From NCBI GenBank assembly GCA_973895155.1, contig OZ316892.1:12712238-12776237 (forward strand): DNA of 64,000 bases, written 5' to 3'. Shown here piece after piece: positions 49,383 through 62,597 of the stretch. Position 1 is the first letter of the stretch; the number at the start of each line of letters is the position of its first letter. A model generated the notes under the pieces. That model made no database searches and was not told where the DNA came from. It saw only the letters and a program-made list of their open reading frames with translations. The position numbers and the translations under genes were made by a program. The stretch comes from Marsupella aquatica. Lineage: Eukaryota > Plantae > Marchantiophyta.

Positions 49383-50611
49383 AAGCTGAGACTGCCGCAA
49401 TCATAGAAATTCCATCCAAAACATTGAACTGTCGTAATGTTCATCGGTCCAAATGACGCAACTAGACAGATCTCTTTCTAAAACTCGGGAGGAGAGCCAG
49501 CTGCGGCGACCGGACCGAGCTCGTCGAAATACTTTCGTCGCTGCAGATAATTATCCAGGAATTGGAGTTCAAAGGATAGTGCAGAAATTGACTAAGGGCA
49601 GCAGTCTGCGAAGGACGTTGCTGCTCCAAGTTATCGGCTTTGGAAGTTTGAAAGTATTGACCGAGCTAGACTATCGCTATACACATGCAGCAGTCGTCCA
49701 CTGTGCTGGGAGATATGGAAAGCTCGAGCACGGATAGTGCCCAAGGGCAAGGACAGCAGAAATAACTTCCCGGGACGTGCACGCAAGAGACGGCTGAAGG
49801 TGGGGCAGACCACCGAATTGGGGCACCGCACATATTTCATTGAATGTAGCGGACACACATGCCCTTGGCTTTCTCAAATTTGTCCGCCAGTAGAGGATTA
49901 GACCGATCATCATTGCCACACTGCGTGACTAAAAAAATGTGAATACGGGCTGCACAAATTCCTCCCCGTCTCGTCCCACCCACGCACGCCCGACCCACTC
50001 CCCAAGGTATGAGAATCATTGGAAGTCACAATGCCAGGCGACTGCAATGGACTCTCCAACGTCATAGATCATCCGGAGGCAGTGCAGTACCCAACATGCG
50101 CCTCGAGACTGTTTCAATCTCTGCGAGCTTTCCTCTTTCCACAAAATTCGTCGCTTCACACCTACCATACCGCCTGCATGTCTGGTCGCTCTTCCGCCCA
50201 GACAACTTAGAACCTTGATCACATGGCTTCTTCTGTCCAGGCATTTCAAGTACCGCGAGGACAAAAGAATACTCAGAGTTCTGCCAAGACCACCCTCAGC
50301 ACCGCTCGCGCACGCCTCGATCGCCGCTGAGCTCGGTTCTGCGGTGGTGCAAATCACTGTGCACCGGCCGCACTTGGGACTTGGGACTGCCAGGCCGCAG
50401 CCAGCAGCCCCGATTTCGAAAGCAGCTGAAGCCAATCTGAGACCTCCGAGCCCAATCTTCGCCGCCCCCCCCCCCCCCCCTCGTCGCCTCCGCCACAGGA
50501 GCAGCACGAAAATTCCGCCCCTCCTTTAAGTAATTGGCTCCATGACTGACTGTCTCGTTTCATGACGCTGGAAAAGCTTCGGCGAGCGAGCAGCTCGCTG
50601 CCAGCAAGCAA

Positions 50612-50664
50612 GCAGTCAGTCAGTCACTCAGTCCAGTAGTCCAGTCCAGTCCAGTCCAGTCCAG
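50612..50664. repeat. (CAGT)n/(CCAGT)n microsatellite in the presumed pri-miRNA leader
   Basis: CAGTCAGTCAGTCACTCAGT is followed by several CCAGT units. Confidence 0.85.
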
Positions 50665-50714
50665 TGCCTCTCTTCCCGCAGCGCTTCATGTTGTGGAGGG
50701 CAGCGCAGCCCGAA

Positions 50715-50730
50715 GAGCTATATATACCCT
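50715..50730 (-). promoter_or_regulatory. Probable TATA box of the MIR319 primary transcript
   Basis: An isolated TATATATA (50719-50726) sits in a very GC-rich island about 1.3 kb upstream of the hairpin on the hairpin strand. The motif is palindromic, so orientation is inferred from the hairpin. Confidence 0.55.
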
Positions 50731-53700
50731 CCGCGGGGCCCCCCACCCCACGCTGCCAGTCGCTTTGCCCTCCTTGGCCCTTGCCCACCCGCCCCCTCCC
50801 GGTCCCCATCGCCCGCTGCCCTTTCGCCGCGCCGTGTCAAAACATATCTCTCGTCTCTCCACCACTATTCGCCATGCCATGTGAGAGACGTTGCATTCGA
50901 ATCAATGCATAAATATCTTTTCCGCGCTGCCCCTGCCCCTGCCCCTGCCCCTTGTCAATTGCAGACCCGTGATGATGCTTCACCGACCCGAAATGATGGG
51001 GGCGATCCACTCATGCCGTAGCAGGGAAGCGCAGCGCAGGGCAGGGCCAGCCCGGAATGACCGAACCAGACCAGGCCAGGCCAGGGCCAGGCTAGGCGCT
51101 GCGGGGTTGCGGTCGAAGCACGCCTCGCGCGTGCCGAGCGAAGGCACCGAGCGCACGGGAAGCTCGGTTTTATCGGTGTTTCGTAGCCCTTGCTACTCAT
51201 TAGCGTATCGGTCGTTTTGACTACGAACCCGCTCGACCTTCCGTCCGGTTACAGGCCGAAATGGTACTTTTTCTTTCTTACTTCTAAATGGAGTGAGTGC
51301 TACAGTAGTAGTCGAGAAACCCTCCATCCTCCGTCCATCCGCCCGTTCGTCCGGGCAGGCAACGGCCGCCGGTTCTCCGACCTGCTGAAAAGACAGAAAA
51401 AGTAATGTTTTGCTGCTCCGTTTTGAAAACTTGCCATCCATAGGTGGCCTCTATGGCTCTATGACTTCGGCGACTGGGTGGGGACCCTCTGGCACGCGGG
51501 CTGACGCCGACTAGGAGATAATTGCCGGACGGAGGGAAGGACGAGTCCAAGCGGGCAGGGTTGCTGTACAGTACCGCCCTGTGATTCAGTATTTCAGTCT
51601 TTCGGCCAGAAGTGCAGCGTGTAAAAATCATAACCTGAAAACCTCCAGATTACTACTGTAGATGATTTGACACTTCTGAAAAATTTATGATTATGTATAT
51701 ATTTATATTATTATATATGTAAAGTATCTCCACTCGCCGGCAAATTCTATGATTATGTATGTTGTAATGTCAAGTTTACATGGCATTGTGAAATATAATG
51801 CCCTCTGAAATATAATGCCCCCCAAACACGAGCCAAAGTGGCCGTTCTTTCTTATAATGCTCTGAATAGAGGACCTTAATACACTTTAAGGCTTGAGATA
51901 TTTTTATTTACCCTAATTTCAGTAAGCACAGGGAATTCTTACTAAAGAAGTGATCCAAATCTGACCTGGCAATATTGAAGAAGAATGCACACTCAAGATT
52001 TGAATAATGTCCTCTACTTCTACTAACACTCGTAAAACTAACAATCTTTTAGGCCTTTTAACAGTATAAGGTCCTGCTATCAGAGCATGGTGCCCAATAA
52101 AAGTCACATAATGCCCTCTGAACATGACTTTATTATATACATAATGCTTAAAAAATGCTCAAATGCTCAAATGAACCACTACAACCCACATGGCCAACTT
52201 ATAAGCATGTTTCTTTTGTAGATGTGCCTGAATAAAGTGGGTAAAAAACAACCACTTTCTCATGGGACATTGAAAAGGCTCAAAATAATCTTTGAAGATA
52301 ACTACAGAAAATTACTCAAAGAATACGAGGTGAGAGGCAGCAGTGAGAGTGAAATGCCACATCAACACAAGGTGTATTGGGCCACCTATATACACAAGCA
52401 GAAAATAGGACGAAAATAGCAGCGGGCTGTCTTGGAAGGCTATATAAGCCTAACCAGAAGCTAAACAAGTGAGAGCATCTGGTCACATGCACATTGGTTA
52501 TTGGTGATGCAAGCCTAACCACATTGTAGCCCGCCGCTCTGGGATAACTTGCAATCCTATCATGTTGTTGGTTTGTAATAATTACAAATGCCTCTCTAAG
52601 TGCACTCCCCATAAGAAGCCCAAGTTTGTACTTACCTAGGGTTTGCACTACATGCTAAATGCCAAAACTTCAACTTTGAAGATAAGAGTGCATGGTTTAA
52701 ATCTCTTTGTAGTATTCACAATCAATCAAACTTGCATGCATAGCTGTAGGAAATGCTCCCAAGGTATGTTTGCAATTGCAGATGAAGCTCAAAGTGACAC
52801 AAGATCAATAGTGTTGCGCACGTTCCCTTCCCAAGGGTACCTTTTGCCTTATCCTATGTCTCAAGCTTTGCAAATGGGTTGCACAAATATGGGTCCAAAG
52901 TCTAGTCCAAAGGCTTAGCTATCAACTATGGGTCCTTAGTGCATAGCGGAACTAGCTCTCCACAAGATCACTGCCCCTTAAGGTGACTTAAGTTTTGGAA
53001 GTCAATCAGCTTCCCCATCATTCCACTTGGGTTGCAAAAATAAGGCTTCTCTGCAAGTAACCGGCTCACTAGCTCGGATAGCTACTTGAAGGGGATTGTC
53101 ACCTTGATTGCAAGCTCTTTGATGGCCAGGTGAGGGTACACCCTTCATATATGTTTCGGGAGACCACCCACCCCAAAACTGAAGGGCTTAATAAGATCAG
53201 TTTTGACTGCCCTCTTGTGTGCATGTAGACGCTAGAACACTGATCGCAACCAGGTCTCACAGTTATGGGCACGGTCCGTGAAAGGAGTCTAGTGGTCAAA
53301 TGCCCTATGACCATTACTCAGGCACAAGCAAGTCCAAGCCTCACTGCCGCATGAATCAAGGCGCAGTGGCTTCTGGATCCAAACCCGGCCTGCGGTACCG
53401 GTTACTGCTTTGGTCACAGCAGTTGAGTCCAAGCATGCTTCGGCTCCCAAGTCTAAACAATGATCATAAGTCTAGACGTGTGGTACCTAAGTCCTTCTTG
53501 ACTTTGCTTAGCGAGCGCTTAGCCATAACAAGAGATCCCCATGTCCGTTGCGGACATGTCTTAGGGCATTACAATTGGACCGACTTGGTACTCATCTTCA
53601 GTACCAATGGCATCCTAGATTGAGGTGCTCCCCCTTGACTGTGGAGCTTCCTGCCTCCTCCATGTCATCCTCCACTTCCTTGACAATCTTGTGCCTTCCC

Positions 53701-54158
53701 TTCCTGCAGTGTATGTAAAGAACCTACCTCATAACTGCAAATTTAATTTTACATCAAACCGACTTGCATTTCTCCATCAAAGTTCTGCATCAGATTTGTG
53801 GGCTTGCCAAAAAGCATATAAATCATACCCTTACAAAGGATTTGAACTAGAAATATTTGTTGTTTAGTGGAGACCTGGTTGCACTTGCAAAAGTGCAAAA
53901 TTTGGGAAAACAGGGAACAATGAAACACCTTCCAAAGCACCAAGGTCCGCACTTAAGGAGAAACAGACTGTACCAACAGCCAAGTGATGATTTATTGTTT
54001 GAAACTGTCACCTTTTTCTCTAATTTTTGGTTATCTCTATTGTTCTGTCATGTGAAAGTGAGTTTGGAAGTAATCCAAGTTAATTAACCACCTTTCTCAT
54101 TGGACCTGCATCGAAAGCCTCAAAGCACTAATTAAGGATGCACTAAATATAGTAATTG

Positions 54159-54501
54159 TGTTGAGCATAGACGACAATCGCAACGGTAAGCACATGACAC
54201 ATCCAACTCCCAAGTAGTCGACACAAGAGATACGTGGTTCACCTCCTCGAGGCTACGTCCACGGGAACACACAATAGAGCTTTACTGAACTCTAAGCCCG
54301 TCGGCTATACCAAGTCTCTACAGTGTAAGCTCTCCTCATCTCTCCAGTGGCTCCATAACAATGAGCCTAAGTTCCACTTATCCAAGAAAACACCGCTTGG
54401 CATATAGTGTGCATCCTAGTTAACCTAACCACATCTTTGACTACGGTTAGTCTAACTACGGTTACATGTCGTAACCCTAGACCTTGAGTAAATACCTAAC
54501 A
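54159..54501. mobile_element. Solo LTR, Ty1/Copia-type, 343 bp
   Basis: Termini TGTTGAG...CCTAACA are flanked by an exact 5-bp TSD AATTG (54154-54158 and 54502-54506). The internal ACGTGGTTC...GGCTACGTCCAC motif is common in plant Copia LTRs. Confidence 0.85.
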
Positions 54502-55193
54502 AATTGGAGTATGGAATTTGATTGGACACGGGTGGACAGAAGATAATGTGCCTGGGATGGAAGGAGGGTGCAGGAGCAAGAGGAGCACAGGCAGGCAGGT
54601 GGGAAGAGTCAAGAGGCAGATCGAGGGCCGGGTCGAGGGCCCCCCTTAGGAAAAGGATGGGCTTGTTCCAAGAATCATTTGGTGAGAAGAGAACTCAAGG
54701 TGGTAGGGAAAGCAAAGCACAAGCAAGGGGTAGCAATAGACAATCCTTTGTTCTTGAGAACACATCTTTGGCAGATCCTTCTTCTTTTTTTGGGGGGGGG
54801 GGATTCAACCACTCATGAGAATTTTCAACAAATTTCTGATTTGCATCATAATCATATCTACAGAATCCTTAGCATTGTATACTATTCCCAATCACAGCAA
54901 GCTCTACACAGACTTTGCCTGCCTGTGCCATAGAAGATGCCCTTGCACTACCATGAACTCAAGGATGCACATGATACAATGGTACAGTATCTCCTGTTAT
55001 GTCCATGAGTCTTAGTTCTTATTGGTCAGTAAAAGGGGACAATAAGAGTTAGAATATGCTGGTGAGAAAGTTGGCGTGAAAAATAAATAAACAAACCAAT
55101 GACCACTTACCATATGAAACCACTCTTAATTGGTTGCACATTAGCTCAAGTTCCCCACATTTTCAGATGTCACTCAATTAATAATGGTTTTTT

Positions 55194-55690
55194 AGCATTC
55201 ACTAGATTGCCATGTTTTGGGGGCATAATACATGCGTTGCCATTGAACTTTTATTTATTTATCACAATGCCACTATTTTTGTCAGTGAGCTAAAAGAATT
55301 AACCCGGGTTAGTTCAATGGCTATCTCCAACCAGTTTTGTGATCAAATGGCCCGGGTATCCCTCAAGGTGACTTTGACCACCCTTGGGTCAATTGGCTGT
55401 GGGGCCGGTTAGGTGGTCCTATCCTCCGCATGGCCTTTGTCAAGGGCCAGCCTGGTGCTGCACATAGCCTCTGCTTCCGTCTCGCTAAGGGTGGTCAAAG
55501 TCAGCTTGAGAGAGACCAGAGCTGTCTGATCTCGAAACTGGGTGCAATGATAGCCATAAGATGTGAAGGAGCTAACCCAAGTTAATTTTCTTAACCCACA
55601 AACAAAAAGAGTGGCACTGTGATAAATGGAAATTTTTTAGTGGCAATATACTTATTATGCCAAAAAAGAGTGGCAATTTAGTAAATCCCA
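55194..55690. mobile_element. Foldback/Mutator-like MITE with ~200-bp imperfect TIRs
   Basis: The left arm (ACTAGATTGCCA...TTTATCACAATGCCACT...AATTAACCCGGGTTAG...TGACTTTGACCACCCTT) pairs with the right arm (AAGGGTGGTCAAAGTCA...CTAACCCAAGTTAATT...AGTGGCACTGTGATAAA...TGGCAATTTAGT). No clear TSD. Confidence 0.75.
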
Positions 55691-55796
55691 GTAACTGTTT
55701 TATCAATGTTGGTTTCACAAATCTTACTTAGGTGATGAAAAGTATTGTATTCTTTTTACCTGACCTTGCTATGACAGCATAATCACAGTTAGGTTT

Positions 55797-56400
55797 TTAT
55801 ATCACACCGCTGAACAAAAGTGCCTAACCGGGAGGCAAGATCCCAAAGGCAAGAGATCCAATAGAGGAGAGAAAACAAGGGGAAAATCCTAAGAAGACCA
55901 AAGAGACATGTGCGGGAGAGCCCCCTTAATAGCCAAGGAACTAATGCTTTACTCAACAGTAAATTGAAAGGCCTGGTGAAGCTCAGGAGTAAACCTCTTA
56001 AGAGGTGTTTGTCTAGAGGCCCTAACACTTGACTTGCATGTTTAAGGCCCTTCAATTTGCAACCCTAAACCGATGTTCCAGCCTGAAATGCCTGAAATGC
56101 CTCATCTGCCATCTCCAAAGGGATCTTAAATGGAAAACAGAGGCCAAGGTCTGCAATTGTTCTGGCCGTTGCAGTTCCAACCTTTGATAATTCAAGACAA
56201 GATGGTCATGTGCGGCTTTGCTCAAGACTTTGTCCCAGATATTGTCAGAATTATAAGGGCTAATTTTTTGGTGGTCAGCTGCATGCAAGAAAGCTTTAAA
56301 CCCAACTGGCTCCCTCAGCAGAAAGAGCGAAACCTATGGCCCGAGGGGGTTACAGCCATGGCCCCGGAGTGGCCATGGAATAACCAGCATAAGCCCTAAG
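55797..56400 (-). mobile_element. Longer decayed LINE-like 3' fragment
   Basis: It shares the family terminus (GTGTGATATAAAAA on the minus strand) and ~230 bp with 32630-32999. Broken coding-like sequence lies upstream, and the 5' limit is uncertain. Confidence 0.45.
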
Positions 56401-59400
56401 TACAGTTTACTCTAAGTATTTGTGACCTAAAAATTGCATCTGAATTTGGATAACATTCCTATGCCGGTTAACCAAGGGGACCTAAATCTCACAACCCCAG
56501 GCCACACCGACCAGGGGGTATGGCCCATAACCATCCATAAAAATAGAGAATTAACCTACTCAGGGGTGGTGGATATTGATAAACAGACAGACACTGGGCG
56601 ACAAGGGATATACAGTAGATAGGATGGATAGAAATGATGCTCGTGGTGTGACCAGGAGAATTATTAAGAGTGCCACTCGTGAGTTAAGGGTTGGGAGAGC
56701 TCCGGTTCCAAAATCCCAAGACAAGTCATGGGCGAGCGCTCTGGGGACATGATCGCGGGGGAACAGAATGAAATCGTGGCGCACAACCGGCGAATAAAAT
56801 CGGAGGCACGGGGAATGAAACGGAAAGTTAACCGGTGTGTGACGGCATCTGTGTGCCGGTGGTGCAATGGGCGGGCTGACCAAAGAGGCGCGGACAGGGT
56901 CACTGGCGGCAGGCGCAGCCACGTTGGAGCTATTTTTGGCCGGGGTGGGGGGGCAGCGCGGGTCCACCATTTTGGCGTGCAAAGCTAACTTACTGCCGCC
57001 AACCAAGACGCGATGGTGGTGGATAGAGGCATCTGCTAACGGTAAATAATTGGCACCGGAGGGGGACCCGGGAATACCGCCCCTTGGTTTCGTGCATGGG
57101 GTTTGAGAAGGGCCAGGGGGAGCCGGGACGGACGGTAGGGCCTCAGTCCGGAGGAGGACAGACGGCGCAGGCAGACGGTAGGGGCCACCGTAACTGAACT
57201 GGCCGGGGAGTGCGGACACCTTCAGTCGGTGACGAAGGCCATCCCGGCGATTAGCGCTTTTCGTTGGGTTGTTTTTAGCAGGCGGCGGGGAGGGTGGAGA
57301 GATGGGCGGGTGGTCTCGTCTCCTTCTTCGTCGTAGTTTTGTAGGGCCCTGTAGCTAGACCCGACGCCATGGATTATTCTATCGGCTCAATCTCATCCCA
57401 TCCCACCCACGGGAGCAGTCCAGGGCAGCGCCTATTCTAAGTGCGGAAATTGCCCCCCACCCCACTAAAAAGTATTGGACACTTTTGGCAAAAATTAGCC
57501 TCCCCTTTTGTCTTCATTGGCCAGTTTCTCACTTTAGTTAGCCGCATAATCCAGCACCGAGAATCTGATAATTATTTTATCCCCTCAATCTCATCCCTGG
57601 ACCCTGTGTTTCCTTTTTGAATCAATTTTGCACTTGCTACCAGGAGAAGGGGCTTGCCAATGATACAAAGAGGGCTTTGTTAGTCTAGGTGATTAATCCG
57701 CAAAATCATTGGTCCAGATCTGACAGTACACAGATCTAACGGTCAAAATGTGATCATGTACAATTTTTTTGAAGGGGAGGCTTCTCAATTCGCCCTAACT
57801 GCCACCTGCCCAAGTGCAAGAGGGTACGGTGACCTGACAATACCAGAGTATTTTATAAATGCAGAAATTTGCCAAATTCACCCCACTAAAAATTATTACC
57901 CACTTTTGGCAAAACTTAGCCAACTTTTGTTGTATTCAGTTTCCTACATAGCCACAGACCCTGTTAGTCAGAATCTGATTGTTCACGTTCAGTTAGGAAG
58001 ATCGAACAGCCAGAAATTAATCTAGGTAACTTGGATGAGGAATCTTCTTAGCATCTTCTATTCACTCCTTGACATTTGCCACTCTGGCAAAACAGTAAAA
58101 GCCTTAAAAAATACACTCCCTTGAGGTTGGCCTTATTTGCGTTCTCTTCTTGGCAATGGACTGGCCGTATACATAGCTAATATATGAAAAGTTATCTATC
58201 GATGGTAACCATTTGTACTTCACGTTGCTATTCTCAGTGTAACATAAGAAAGGTTATTGATTAATGATAACCATTTGTACTCCATATTGCTATTCTCAGT
58301 CTTGTGCAGAGTTGTATAGCTCCATAACATATCCACACAAAATCCACACAAAATCCAAGGTCTGGGTGGGGGTTCTCTAACTTCTAATCCTACATCCAGA
58401 AGGTTTGAAAATGCTTCCCTACTGCCATCATTCAGCTTGTTCTCACATCCTGGATGCAGAGTTTTGTACTCCCCCCCTTGTTCACGTATCCATAAGTTGG
58501 GTTTGCGCATCATGAAACATTTCATCATGCAATGTAAGGGAGATAAATGCTGCCAGTTAACTTGTTATTACATTCCTGAAACAGGTTACAGCCTACTCCG
58601 CCAACCTCGGTTATCCTATACAATCATAGGTTCGATGCAGGTTCTCTCATGATGAAACTAGCCATATATGGAAGATTAGTTATTGGCCCTGACTACAATA
58701 ATTAAAGAAACCTCCGAGTACAGCATGCAGCAACTGCAGTTCCGTAATTACGGCAGCAGAAGTCTCTTTGGATCGCGATGAGGCAGTCGAAAACATGCGT
58801 TTACGGAAAGGTGCCCCTTAAGAATATGATTTTGGAACGGACAATTGCGATGTGATTTGAGTGGGCGATTCATGTCAGGGCTCCTACGGGTGATACGGAG
58901 TATAACTAGTCCTCGACTGAGTGATTTTGGTGACGCGGGGATGAGCACAGTCGAACACGGCCCACTGCGATTTAATCTTCTTGTTGTCCGGGCAAATCTG
59001 CCTTTGACGACGCTATGGTAGAGGAATTGTTTGCACTCCCGAGGACAGGATTTTGGGAGACATCAGCGGTCAATAATTGATGAGGAGAGAGAAGAATCTA
59101 CACCCAGAAAGGAAAGAGAGAGACGCGAGAGAGTAAGTTACGACAGAATGTTTTGGGCGTGGCCACTTTCAGAGCGCGTGCGGACAACGAGCTCCACCTT
59201 AGTTGGGATTTTCTTACATGGCAGTGATCTCTCTTTCTGGCAGCAGACTTCGTATATTATTATGATAACTGTGAACAATTAACTTGCTGCTCTCCACTCA
59301 AGCCCACAGCTTCCCCACCTTGAGTTGAAGGGCAGTCTTACATGTGAAGAGTCCTTCAGTTTCCAGCCCTAAGAGTCTTACTGTATCTTGTCCAAGAAAA

Positions 59401-61541
59401 GTTCATCTTAATTCTCCTGCAATTGTGTTAGGAATAAACTGCCAAAGCACTCGCGTGTCCCGCCATTTCCCTCCCACTGATTTAATAGGGCAATATGCAA
59501 GAGTTGTGGCAGTAAAAAGTGTCGATGCAAAACCAGCAATGTTTTATCAACTTTTGGAGGTTTGAAACCTTAAGGGTCCTAGAAACTTTCCGGCCCTTGC
59601 CCTTGGTTCCTACCAGGTATGTCGTCAGCCCTGCCTAAGGAGGCTGATGAGGCATACAACTCTCAGTCACCTGTTTAGTTGAGGGCCAAAAAGAAAGGAC
59701 TCTTCAGGTGCAAGATGGCCAGAAGCGATGCAGCACATATGATAGGGCTGCTTTCTATTGCATGAAGTAGTTATGCTCCATCAAACTGAAGGACAACTGT
59801 GCTTCCACAGCTTAAATCATTTATGAGATTTTTCATTTGTACTATTGGCTGTATGCTTTACACCCGGAGAATCATGGATGCCAACCAGAAAGGAGACTGC
59901 TGAATTTTAAATACCCTGGAACTGTGTAGCATTAATGTTGGAAATAACAGAGCGTTATTCACTGTAGTTGAAGGTGAAGAGACTGTTTTGGATATGGTGT
60001 ACCACATCTCTCTCTGTATCATGATAAATTTTATTATTTTCTTTAAATTAATGAGTGCACACAGTAAATTATCATATTTTGATGTGTGATTATAGGCAAG
60101 GGTTTACATCCTAATCTCGGGTTTGCTTAGAATTGGAAAGACTTTACACCAATACATAGTGGAATTGCAACTTAGGGTGGTCCACGGGGAGTATTGTGTC
60201 CAACATGGTGGTCTATCCTAGCTTCAGTTCTGTTCAACACTTCTACACATTTTAACTACTAAACTAGTTCTCCCTAGTTCTTTTAGCTACAATGGCATCA
60301 TCACTTACAATCTATCAGCTGGTTGCTGGCCAGGAGGGCAAATAGTTATCATCACCCTCATTACAGGACCTGCACTTATCCAACTTATGGTGTCACTCAA
60401 GATCTAGTTGTGAAAATTTGGGGTGTGATTAGAATTTAGGTGACAGCATTAGAGCCTAAATTCCTTATAAATGTGTCAGGATCATAAATCACTACAAAGG
60501 CCAATGAAAAGAAACTTCTCCACAACCCCCACAGAACACTTAGGGCCATTTTTTGTGGCCAAAAGCCATCACACTTAACGATGAAACTTTGAGACCCATT
60601 ATTATTTCCCCCTCACGGACAAGGGTTAGCCTACTCGACATACCCTTATGCTCCTTTTGCCTATCATAGCCTTTGTATCGTGGCCCTGTGACTGTTTGGT
60701 TTTTATATCCAAAAGACTACTGTTGGGCCCTTTTTCTGTGGGTTTTGCTCAGAACAAGAATACCCGCTTTTTGACCTGTGGCATGTAATTGCACACTTTG
60801 CATCGTCAATAATCAACAAGTCCTCGATACTACCCCCACAAACTACAATGTAAATATAAAGTGCACCTAGGCTCAGCTAGAATCCAAGTAGCAAACGGGT
60901 GTTGCGTCTGATTTACGATCTCATCTTATGCCACACACAGTGTGGTGATTTGGGATCCACATCACCAAAGAGATTGTGGCCAGATTAAAACCACGCCACT
61001 CCTGTTGATTGCCTACTTCGTCTGACACACCCCTCTTTCTAGCATTTATTGGATATGTCCCAAGGGACATCGAAGAATTCGAAGACGGATATGGGGGAAT
61101 TTGGGAGACAAAGGTTGCCCACAATTTATGACAATAGCCTGTTGTCGTGACCAGGAAATGAAAAGAAAGAGGTCGGTAGCAATAAAATTCCTGATTTTTG
61201 AAAACAACGAAAAGAAAGAGATATGCTTACAGTAGTGTCTGAATACTTTTCGTGGGTGGATACGATGATCATGAGAAGTCTGGCCCAGAGCTCGAGCAAA
61301 AAGTTGAATTCCAAAAGTATGGCATGTTTGTTTTATGTCATTATAATGTCTTTCCATAGATGTAGAGATATGAGAAGGCCATAAAAATTATGGAAGTCAA
61401 TTTTGGGCTCTGCAAAGAAAGCCGGTGGGCTCAGCACTTGATGAATAAGGTACTAATATCCATGGGGGCTCAACACTTAATTAATAGAGTACTAATATCC
61501 ATGGTACGCAAGGTGCCACTGTGCTGCTTCTTTCCTTGCCC

Positions 61542-61893
61542 AACACATCAGTCTCCTTGCAACTTGCACTGAATCCTTGAAATCCAGTTGTCAGATCAAT
61601 TTGTCTACTCCCCAAAGCATCCCATTTCATCTCACATAATATGCTCGACGACACCTCCACAAACCATCACTCATTATCAACAATACTATGGAACAGGGGG
61701 ACATTTCAATATTCTAACACATCAGTCTCCTTGCAACTTGCACTGAATCCTTGAAAATCCAGTTGTCAGATCAATTTGTCTACTCCCCAAAGCATCCCGT
61801 TTCATCTCAATTAATTATATGCTTGACTACACCTCCACAAACCATCACTCACTATCAACAATACTACGCAACAGGGGGACATTTCAATATTCT
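61542..61893. repeat. Two-copy ~175-bp tandem duplication
   Basis: AACACATCAGTCTCCTTGCAACTTGCACTGAATCC...GGGGGACATTTCAATATTCT is repeated with few differences. Confidence 0.9.
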
Positions 61894-62119
61894 AGAACAT
61901 TCCTATACTTGGTTTAGAAAAATCTAAGCATTCTTTTAATTTTCAAAATTGTGTTAAAACCACCCTTATGTTCTTCCGCCAAAAATTCTAAGTCTTCCAC
62001 TAAACCAAGTAAAAGTCCTGTACTTGTTTATGCATGATGGGTCAGAGAAAAATAAGTGAGGACCTTGGGCCCATTTTTTCAGAGGGTAAGTGATCACTCA
62101 ACTTGGTTAAACACAGAAG

Positions 62120-62345
62120 ATCCTAAGTCCCTGAGATCACCTCATTGGAGAATCTAACTGTTTCCATCACCCCGGAGCAAAGTGCATTAGCGACACGCCC
62201 ACTGTGAGGGTGGATTAGGGGACTTGGGAAATATCCTAAGTCCCTGAGATCACCTCATTGGAGAATCTAACTGTTTCCATCACCCCGGAGCAAAGTGCAT
62301 TAGCGACACGCCCACTGTGAGGGTGGATTAGGGGACTTGGGAAAT
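62120..62345. repeat. Perfect 113-bp tandem duplication
   Basis: 62120-62232 and 62233-62345 appear identical. Confidence 0.92.
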
Positions 62346-62597
62346 AGGGAGGCGAGGTGGGGCGGAATTTGCATGCAGGTCAGAACTCTGCCTAGCAGAT
62401 CAATAGAGAGAATGTTCAAATCCCACCCCAGGGCAATGGAAACCATCAATGTATTTCATGGGACAATCTCAGGGCTATAAGATCTCTTGTGGCTGACGAG
62501 GGTAAAATCATTTATTACTTGACACAAACAAGTGAGTTCGTAATAATTCATCTAAAAAGGTTGACAGTTTGTGATATTTGACCCATAAAATGACAAA

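Noticed and set aside
50016-50529. 163-aa and 104-aa ORFs in the GC island
   Set aside because: They lack an ATG start and any domain, and are better explained as GC-rich pri-miRNA leader.
52250-53700. Decayed LINE ORF1/ORF2 (zinc-knuckle-like and YLG-like hints)
   Set aside because: The motifs are too degraded to support without a profile search.
56560-57219. 219-aa Pro-rich ORF
   Set aside because: It has a GTG start, low complexity and no recognisable family. It adjoins LINE-like debris and is probably transposon-derived.
61560-61715. Minus-strand LLIMSDGLW resembling a PP2C motif
   Set aside because: It is a single short motif surrounded by stops with no other PP2C motifs nearby, so probably chance.
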